This document shows positions 1 to 8,065 of a stretch of DNA of 21,094 bases, in pieces (within the stretch, counting starts at the first letter, position 1; every line of letters begins with the position of its first letter). The notes below the pieces were generated by a model. The model worked only from the letters and a program-made list of their open reading frames with translations. It was not told the DNA's origin and searched no databases. The position numbers were made by a program, and so were the translations under genes. Source of the stretch: Tubiluchus corallicola (taxonomy: Eukaryota; Animalia; Priapulida); contig JAQGDQ010001921.1 of NCBI GenBank assembly GCA_030141605.1, forward strand, positions 1 through 21,094, in the 5' to 3' direction.

Positions 1-530
1 TGTCTTACCTTAGTGACTTTGACCTCTTGTGTTACCCTAGTGTTATAACGAACTCTTGTCTTTACTTTGTGACTTTGACCTCTTGTGTTACCCTAGTGTT
101 ATAATGAACTCTTGTCTTACCTTTGTGACTTTGACCTCTTGTGTTACCCTAGTGTTATAATGAACTCTTGTCTTACCTTAGTGACTTTGACCTCTTGTGT
201 TACCCTAGTGTTATAACGAACTCTTGTCTTTACTTTGTGACTTTGACCTCTTGTGTTACCCTAGTGTTATAATGAACTCTTGTCTTACCTTTGTGACTTT
301 GACCTCTTGTGTTACCCTAGTGTTATAATGAACTCTTGTCTTACCTTAGTGACTTTGACCTCTTGTGTTACCCTAGTGTTATAACGAACTCTTGTCTTTA
401 CTTTGTGACTTTGACCTCTTGTGTTACCCTAGTGTTATAATGAACTCTTGTCTTACCTTTGTGACTTTGACCTCTTGTGTTACCCTAGTGTTATAATGAA
501 CTCTTGTCTTTACTTAGTGACTTTGACTCT
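1..530. repeat. 56-bp tandem repeat, ~9.5 copies, with a 168-bp trimeric higher-order period; runs off the left edge
   Basis: Unit tgtcttaccttagtgactttgacctcttgtgttaccctagtgttataacgaactct starts at 1, 57, 113, 169 ... 505. Three variants cycle ABCABCABC. Confidence 0.97.
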
Positions 531-717
531 TTCTTTTACCGTAATGACTTTGACCCTTGTATTGCCTTAGTGATTTTCATTTCGTGTTCTACATTGGTAA
601 GGTATATTAGCCTGACCTTTTACCGTCGACTCTGTTGTATTTCAATTCAGGTCAAGGTAAAAGGATTCAGATTTTAGAGAAATGACATTGACAATACATG
701 GTGTAGTTTTTCTTTAT

Positions 718-1205
718 CTGGGATGAGAATTTTCTGTGAATACGCGGAATTCCGAGTTTTTGGAAGACCAGTAGTGCCATTTTTGTAAATCGCTTAAATT
801 CGTTGAGAAAATGTTTACGGACCCAGTACATTGTTTCACAAGCTGGCCGCTAGTTGGCAGGCCGGCACTTTGTTTACATCTCGTACATCAGTGTAACCAC
901 GTGTATATCTCTATGTATAAAAATATAGAATCAATTGTGCGGAGTTATTTGAGTCAATTGCAGACAGTTTTTATATACTTTTGCATAGGAGTAGCCAGTA
1001 CTTAAGCATTTTTGAGACAATTAGGCATCATGTATCCTTAATAGTTGGGTATTTTAAATTATGCATGAAACAAGGTAATTGATATTTTAAGTCCACTTAG
1101 AGGCTCTCTATGGTCACAAAATGGCAATTTGCTGCTGCCTCCTACGCGGCCCCCAACCCCCAGCCTGTTTCAGAGTTTTTTTGCAATTTGTCATTCTCAT
1201 CCCTG
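718..1205. mobile_element. Non-autonomous hAT-like DNA transposon (MITE), 488 bp
   Basis: 13-bp TIR: ctgggatgagaat (718-730) and attctcatccctg (1193-1205), 12/13 match. Identical CTTTAT on both flanks (712-717, 1206-1211). CAGGG-type terminus and a C-rich subterminal patch at ~1135-1165. Confidence 0.72.
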
Positions 1206-1280
1206 CTTTATGCGAAATGTATTGTATGAATAGCAAGCCCTAATTGTTGTGAAAAGAGCCATTATTTTCCTAAATGTCTA

Positions 1281-1404
1281 TCACATTTCCCATTGTTTAC
1301 TTTCCCATTGTTTCACATTTCCCAGTGTTTGCTTTACCATTGTTTCACATTTCCCATTGTTTGCTTTACCATTGTTTCACATTTCCCATTGTTTGCTTTA
1401 CCAT
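1281..1404. repeat. 32-bp minisatellite, ~4 copies
   Basis: tcacatttcccattgtttgctttaccattgtt at 1281, 1313, 1345, 1377; built from 17+15 bp related halves. Confidence 0.93.
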
Positions 1405-1587
1405 GCTAGTTGTTGTCCCACGACATCCAAACCAGCAAACATTTTCGATTAAGCAAGCAAACGGTATTGTTACATTTGCACCCAATTGCCCGTAATGCGT
1501 ATCAATTGACTGCGCCTGGCGGTAGCAGTAAACACAGCTGGGACAACTTATTCGATGGGAGTTTCATTAATTGGCGAGAACGTTGTT

Positions 1588-1697
1588 GATGTGTGACAGC
1601 GTGGCTTCATCTGTGGCCATATTGCGCATGCGTCTTACAGTCGATGTGTGACAGCGTGGCTTCATCTGTGGCCATATTGCGCATGCGTCGTACAGTC
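1588..1697. repeat. 55-bp tandem duplication
   Basis: gatgtgtgacagcgtggcttcatctgtggccatattgcgcatgcgtc at 1588 and 1643. Confidence 0.92.
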
Positions 1698-1869
1698 GCT
1701 GTACACGCAACTGTTACCGCTCAGCAGGTTTTATTTCGCAGCTTCGACCCCGTTTATATTAATTTATTTGAATTTAGTCGGTAGTGCAAGGCTTCGTGAT
1801 TTCTGCAAATATGCGACGCACCACCTCATTCGGTTGGTAGTGCCGTTTTATAGTTTTCTAAGCTCGTGA

Positions 1870-2040
1870 GCGTTCAGATTGCGTACGTCAGTGTGTATAC
1901 GCGCGCGTTCAGACTGCGTGCGTCAGTGTGTATACGCGCGTTCAGATTGCGTACGTCAGTGTGTATACGCGCGTTCAGATTGCGTACGTCAATGTGTATA
2001 CGCGTGTTCAGATTGCGTGCGTGCGTCGATGTGTATACGC
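1870..2040. repeat. 33-bp CpG-rich minisatellite, 5 copies
   Basis: gcgttcagattgcgtacgtcagtgtgtatacgc at 1870, 1905, 1938, 1971, 2004. Confidence 0.93.
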
Positions 2041-2178
2041 AGACGCGACAGAACTGTTAGTCTACTAGTCTGATAGTTTGACGTTTTATCTCGACGTGTT
2101 TTGCTATCATGTGTACACGAGACGTGTGCACCTAGATTTGCAAAGAAACAAGTGAGCAGTGTTCAAATAACTGAGTTC

Positions 2179-2401
2179 TGATTGCAGTTTGGCTGTGCTC
2201 GCTGGTAAGCACGTAGTACTGTGGAGAGTTATGCACACAGGAACCGATGCTGCATTGTGATTACAGTTTAGCTGTGCTCGCTTGGTAAGCACGTAGAACT
2301 GTGGAGAGTATGCACACAGGAACCGATGCTGCATTGTGATTCGTGTTCAGTAGTTGGGGAGTATGCACACAGGAACCGATGCTGCGTTGTGATTCATGTT
2401 C
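2179..2401. repeat. ~79-bp tandem repeat, 2 full copies plus a partial third
   Basis: gtatgcacacaggaaccgatgctgc(a/g)ttgtgatt-like core occurs three times; gctgtgctcgct(t)ggtaagcacgtag occurs twice. Confidence 0.88.
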
Positions 2402-2457
2402 AATAATGTCCTCGTTATTTTCTTGCTGTGAAATCTTGTGTGTGTGTTTTTTGTTGT

Positions 2458-2658
2458 TGAATACACGAGTCCAATTACTCGCGTGAGGTAATGGTTTTTC
2501 TAACTGGTGCGTTTCGCGTCGAATCGGACGCGGTACATATGGGAAATCTTTTCAGGAGTCATTTAAAAATGCATGCTCATTTCTTCATTGCTGTCGTACG
2601 TGAATACACGAGTCCAATTACTCGCGTGTGGTAATGGTTTTTATAACTGGTGCGTTTT
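2458..2658. repeat. ~58-bp dispersed direct repeat, copies 143 bp apart
   Basis: tgaatacacgagtccaattactcgcgtg.ggtaatggttttt.taactggtgcgttt at 2458 and 2601. Confidence 0.88.
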
Positions 2659-3259
2659 CATCGTCATCATGATCATCATCACACGCCCGTCACATCTATT
2701 GTAGACATTGGGCAGGCAGAATTCTAAAGTAAAAGAATCTGCCTTCAGACAGGTAAACGCAGCAGTAATCCAACAAAAAAAAACTAGACACTGCTACGCC
2801 AGTGGCTTGCCAGCACCACTTCCGTTTTTCATCATCATTGTAGACCGAATAATAAATACCCACTCACTTTAGTCAAATAGTGGAAATCTTTTTTGACGTC
2901 ATAATCAGACCCTTTGTGGTGGTATGTTACCAGTAATCGTTTCTCTTGCAACATTTGTCGTGTGACGATTTTTTTTCTCATGTATTGACCCTACTGTAGC
3001 CTGTTCAACACAAAATTCGCGAAGCCATTTACAAAAGTCTTCGCTGAAAAGGTTTCCCGTGCTGCTGGATGATTTTCTCATTATTTTCGTGCTGTGAATG
3101 CGTGACTAGTGAATAGGTCAGCATATGGTTGTATTCTTTGTGTAATTCTGGCAAAACGAAATATGGATTACCCGCTGGGATTATCATGCTTGCTGCTTCT
3201 CCTATAATCTGGGGATTAAGGGGGATTATCTGAACTAGTAGGCTTTTCTTCTGTAAATT

Positions 3260-4443
3260 AAACTGGGTAAATTAAACGTGCGTGGGCGAAGCTTTGCTAA
3301 ACAGCGTTAGAACTCGTTTAGCTAAACTGGGTAAATTAAACGTGTGTTTTTGTAAACGTGCGTGGGCGAAGCTTTGCTAAAACAGCGTTAGAACTCGTTT
3401 AGCTAAACTGGGTAAATTAAACGTGTGTTTTTGTAAACGTGCGTGGGCGAAGCTTTGCTAAAACAGCGTTAGAACTCGTTTAGATAAACTGGCTAAATTA
3501 AACGTGTGTTTTTGTAAACGTGCGTGGGCGAAGGTTTGCTAAAACAGCGTTAGAACACGTTTAGCTAAACTGGGTAAATTAAACGTGTGTTTTTGTAAAC
3601 GTGCGTGGGCGAAGCTTTGCTAAAACAGCGTTAGAACTCGTTTAGATAAACTGGGTAAATTAAACGTGTGTTTTTGTAAACGTGCGTGGGCGAAGCTTTG
3701 CTAAAACAGCGTTAGAACTCGTTTAGATAAACTGGGTAAATTAAACGTGTGTTTTTGTAAACGTGCGTGGGCGAAGCTTTGCTAAAACAGCGTTAGAACT
3801 CGTTTAGATAAACTGGGTAAATTAAACGTGTGTTTTTGTAAACGTGCGTGGGCGAAGCTTTGCTAAAACAGCGTTAGAACTCGTTTAGATAAACTGGGTA
3901 AATTAAACGTGTGTTTTTGTAAACGTGCGTGGGCGAAGCTTTGCTAAAACAGCGTTAGAACTCGTTTAGATAAACTGGGTAAATTAAACGTGTGTTTTTG
4001 TAAACGTGCGTGGGCGAAGCTTTGCTAAAACAGCGTTAGAACACGTTTAGATAAACTGGGTAAATTAAACGTGTGTTTTTGTAAACGTGCGTGGGCGAAG
4101 CTTTGCTAAAACAGCGTTAGAACTCGTTTAGATAAACTGGGTAAATTAAACGTGTGTTTTTGTAAACGTGCGTGGGCGAAGCTTTGCTAAAACAGCGTTA
4201 GAACACGTTTAGATAAACTGGGTAAATTAAACGTGTGTTTTTGTAAACGTGCGTGGGCGAAGCTTTGCTAAAACAGCGTTAGAACTCGTTTAGATAAACT
4301 GGGTAAATTAAACGTGTGTTTTTGTAAACGTGCGTGGGTGAAGCTTTGCTAAAACAGCGTTAGAACTTGTTTAGATAAACTGGGTAAATTAAACGTGTGT
4401 TTTTGTAAACGTGCGTGGGCGAAGCTTTGCTAAAACAGCGTTA
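3260..4443. repeat. 81-bp tandem repeat, ~14.5 near-identical copies
   Basis: Unit aaactgggtaaattaaacgtgtgtttttgtaaacgtgcgtgggcgaagctttgctaaaacagcgttagaactcgtttagat, starts 3324, 3405 and onward. The first copy lacks one internal aaacgtg-bounded segment. Confidence 0.98.
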
Positions 4444-4620
4444 AGGTCAGACAGGGTTCAGTTTTTCCTTTGGTTTCCAGAAACGTGCAAAAAATTCTTT
4501 CTTCATCCGGTTCTGTATAAGGAAGAGTTGTCAGTTAAATAGGACGTGATGACATTAAGGTCCCAAATTCCCAGTGTCAAGGCTTGAAATGACCCTACAG
4601 GAATGGACATGATTAGGTAA

Positions 4621-4829
4621 TAAGGTCACAAACTAACATTTTTGGGTTTAGAATGATTGAAGACCGAGTTACTGAATTAAAATCGCTTACTTGAGGTCAG
4701 GCCATAAGGTCACAAACTAACATTTTTGGGTTTAGAATGATTGAAAAAGGAGTTACTGAATTAAAATCGGTTACTCGAGGTCACAAACTAACATTTTTGG
4801 GATAGAATGATTGGAGGAGTTACTGAATT
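4621..4829. repeat. Diverged ~72-84-bp tandem repeat, ~2.5-3 copies
   Basis: aggtcacaaactaacatttttggg...agaatgattg...gagttactgaatt near 4623, 4707 and 4778. Confidence 0.88.
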
Positions 4830-4859
4830 CAGTTGGTTAATTCCTATATCTTGTTCTTA

Positions 4860-5165
4860 CAGCGTTTTCAGACTAGCCAGTTTTCTTGATTAATAAACTC
4901 GCCAAGTAACTCACAAGTGTGTTCCGATTAGAAATCAAAACTTGCTGCGAGTTACTCTTCGGGAGTAAGCGCGAGCTGACATTCACTTCTCCATTCACTG
5001 TTTCGAGAGTAACTCACCAAGGCCCTCACACTAGACAGTAAATCAACTCGCAGAAACTGTCAGAGAGTTTGCAATTTCTCGCTTGCAGTAACTCGCAAAG
5101 CAGTTCACGCGTGCGAGTTTGCTGTCAGAAAACACGGCAGAGAACTCGCTAGTGTGAACGCGCCA
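4860..5165. mobile_element. PIF/Harbinger (Tourist-like) MITE, ~306 bp, degenerate
   Basis: Left end agcgttttcagactagccagtt vs reverse complement of the right end ggcgcgttcacactagcgagtt (17/22). TTA on both flanks (4857-4859, 5166-5168), the TWA TSD typical of Harbinger. Internal AACTCGC/GCGAGTT motifs recur in both orientations. Confidence 0.65.
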
Positions 5166-5572
5166 TTACACTACTTATTTCAGTAGATGAGTGGTGCAAA
5201 ACAAGGACACTTCGCTCATTAACCATCTGCTTTACATAACATGATGCATCATCAGCTTTTAACAGTAAAAAAACTCAGTTACTTGAAGGTCGTACACGAT
5301 GGCCACGAAGATCTAGGGTTAACCTTCGCACCAGCCTTGTTTTTGAAGCATCGTTGAAAAGGTTTCCCGTCTTTGCTGCGCGTAATTCGACGCGAAACGG
5401 CATAAAAGCTTTTATCAATGTGGTAATTGGATTCATGCATTATTTGTGTTAGGTAAAGAGGATTAGCCTTTGCCTTGGGAAAAGATTGCAGACCTGCCTT
5501 GTTGCTAAACACAGTAAACGTACCAAAAATCAGAATTGCATTTTCTCACAAGATTATATAGGTTTTACACGT

Positions 5573-6372
5573 CAAATGTAGACACAGGAAAGTTCAAATG
5601 TGACTTAGGTAAGTCAAATGTAGACATAGGAATTTCAAATGTGTTTTGGTAACTCAAATGTGACTTAGGTAAGTCAAATGTAGACACGGGAAAGTTCAAA
5701 TGTGACTTAGGTAAGTCAAATGTAGACATAGGAATTTCAAATGTGTTTTGGTAACTCAAATGTGACTTAGGTAAGTCAAATGTAGACATAGGAATTTCGA
5801 ATGTGTTTTGGTAACTCAAATGTGACTTAGGTAAGTCAAATGTAGACATAGGAATTTCAAATGTGTTTTGGTAACTCAAATGTGACTTAGGTAAGTCAAA
5901 TGTAGACATAGGAATTTCGAATGTGTTTTGGTAACTCAAATGTGACTTAGGTAAGTCAAATGTAGACATAGGAATTTCGAATGTGTTTTGGTAACTCAAA
6001 TGTGACTTAGGTAAGTCAAATGTAGACATAGGAATTTCGAATGTGTTTTGGTAACTCAAATGTGACTTAGGTAAGTCAAATGTAGACACGGGAAAGTTAA
6101 AGTGTGTCTTAGGTAAGTCAAATGTAGACATAGGAATTTCGAATGTGTTTTGGTAACTCAAATGTGACTTAGGTAAGTCAAATGTAGACATAGGAATTTC
6201 GAATGTGTTTTGGTAACTCAAATGTGACTTAGGTAAGTCAAATGTAGACATAGGAATTTCGAATGTGTTTTGGTAACTCAAATGTGACTTAGGTAAGTCA
6301 AATGTAGACATAGGAATTTCGAATATGTTTTGGTAACTCAAATGTGATTTAGGTAAGTCAAATGTAGACATA
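5573..6372. repeat. 60-bp tandem repeat (3 x ~20-bp modules) with occasional 42-bp units; left arm of the foldback element
   Basis: caaatgtgacttaggtaagt + caaatgtagacataggaattt + cgaatgtgttttggtaact; lines 5701-6060 align in a 60-bp register. Confidence 0.97.
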
Positions 6373-6790
6373 GAATTCTACATTTTAGTTGTCAACGTTT
6401 TACAAAAAATGTCGACAGAAAAGAATAAATCGGTTCCCACTTCCCAACGAACAGTGAATCACTAATTAGTTTTTTAAGTAATGCATTTAGCACTGCATTA
6501 ATGAATTAGTTTTTCTCAAGAAACATTGCTTATTTTAAGAATGTATTGTTTTCTCTAACAGTTCCAATGGTATGTAAAGTTTGCAGAACATTAGTGAACT
6601 ATTAGTAGATCTATAAAGTTATTATTTTAACTCAGGAGCAATTATTAAATTGAAATTAAAGAAGATTAAATTTAACATCCTTAAACTTTAACACCTATCC
6701 ACATTTGAGATACCAATGTCACATTTGACTTGACATGTGTCTACATTTGACTTACCAAAAGCGCTTAAGATTTGTTGAAAACCATTGTTA

Positions 6791-6985
6791 ACACATTTGA
6801 ACTACCTAAGTCTACATTTGAGTTACCAAGACACATTTGAACTACCTAAGTCTACATTTGAGTTACCAAGACACATTTGAATTACCTAAGTCTACATTTG
6901 AGTTACCAAGACACATTTGAATTACCTAAGTCTACATTTGAGTTACCAAGACACATTTGAATTACCTAAATCTACATTTGAGTTA
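6791..6985. repeat. 40-bp tandem repeat (2 x ~20-bp modules), ~5 copies; right arm of the foldback element
   Basis: acacatttgaa(c/t)tacctaagtctacatttgagttaccaag at 6791, 6831, 6871, 6911, 6951. Its reverse complement matches the left-arm modules. Confidence 0.95.
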
Positions 6986-8065
6986 ATGCAGGTCTACATT
7001 TGACATGTAAAACCTATAGTATTAATTACCGGTTGTCACATTTGAGTTGGAATTTTAAGTGACATTTCATTAAAACTTCAGTCGACAATGAGCAACGTAA
7101 TGGAATTCCAAAAAGCAACAATGCATTTCGTCCGTTCTGCGCACGCGGCAATGATCACGTGGTTTTCGTTTTTAAACTTGCAGTGGAACGTTCGAACGCT
7201 CAGGTGTTGAGAACGAGTTTGTGTGGCTTCACTGAGGGAAAATTTGATTTTCTGCATCGTAGAAGTGTGGGCTTCGTTGGATATTTTGTTTGATTCTTTG
7301 CTTACAGAAAGAAGGGGTGATTAACAGAAGGGATACCTAATCTGTGGGGCTCTGCTTATCTCCTGTGAACGATGCCCGTTTGTATCTTCTGAATTTTTGT
7401 GAGCGGAGCTGCTTAAATAAGTGGAGCTTGCAGAGGCTTTTCAACAAGTGCTACGATTGATTTAAAAATGAATTTTTTGCACTTCGTTCCGCTTTAACTG
7501 TGCTAACGCAGCGAGTTATGGTTTACAAAGACACGTCGGGAACATTATGTTGTCCATTTGAGCCGGTGTGTTGTGATAGCAAAGGAACATCATGTTCTGC
7601 ACAGCAGTTGAAACATCATGGTAATGGCGGGCTGTTATGGTCTGCTTCGTAGAATTATGTGTTTGCATACAGGCGATGCAAGAGTGAGTCCCATTAACGA
7701 AGAGGCAGGACCGGTATCTATACAGAATTCTGGACCGGTAAGTGGCGTAGTAAACTCTTGTGGTATATACTGTGGTCCTTTATTATTTGACAATGACAAT
7801 CAAAACGTCATTGATTATAACTAAACTGTTATTATGTTTCACTGCTTCTCAGTGCATTATAAAATGGGAAATTACTGATGAAAAGACATGAACACATGTA
7901 CCATATCTCTGCGCATGCGTGGCATGTAAGTCTGTGACATACACATTGAAACAGGATTTCGCATAGAGATACTCAGCTAATTTGGTAGCAATTTGGTAAA
8001 TCTTCTTGACGTTCTTATGGCCAGTTCGCGAGGCTTTAAGTATGAGGAAAATCATTTTCTAACAA

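Larger units (their letters stand above)
5561..7014. mobile_element. Foldback-like non-autonomous DNA transposon with tandem-repeat arms, ~1.45 kb
   Basis: TIR ggttttacacgtcaaatgtagac (5561-5583) and gtctacatttgacatgtaaaacc (6992-7014), 22/23 match. TATA on both flanks (5557-5560, 7015-7018). The arms are mutually inverted tandem arrays around an AT-rich non-coding centre. Confidence 0.85.

Noticed and set aside
811-2334. Short 63-75-aa ORFs in the track
   Set aside because: They lie within the MITE or minisatellites, several use non-ATG starts, and none resembles a protein family I recognise.
5565-6371. 268-aa ORF with MSTFDLPKSHLSYQNTFEIP repeats
   Set aside because: It coincides with the tandem arm of the foldback element. 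The 60- and 42-bp units are multiples of 3 and lack a stop in one frame, so a long ORF follows automatically. It has no unique domain.
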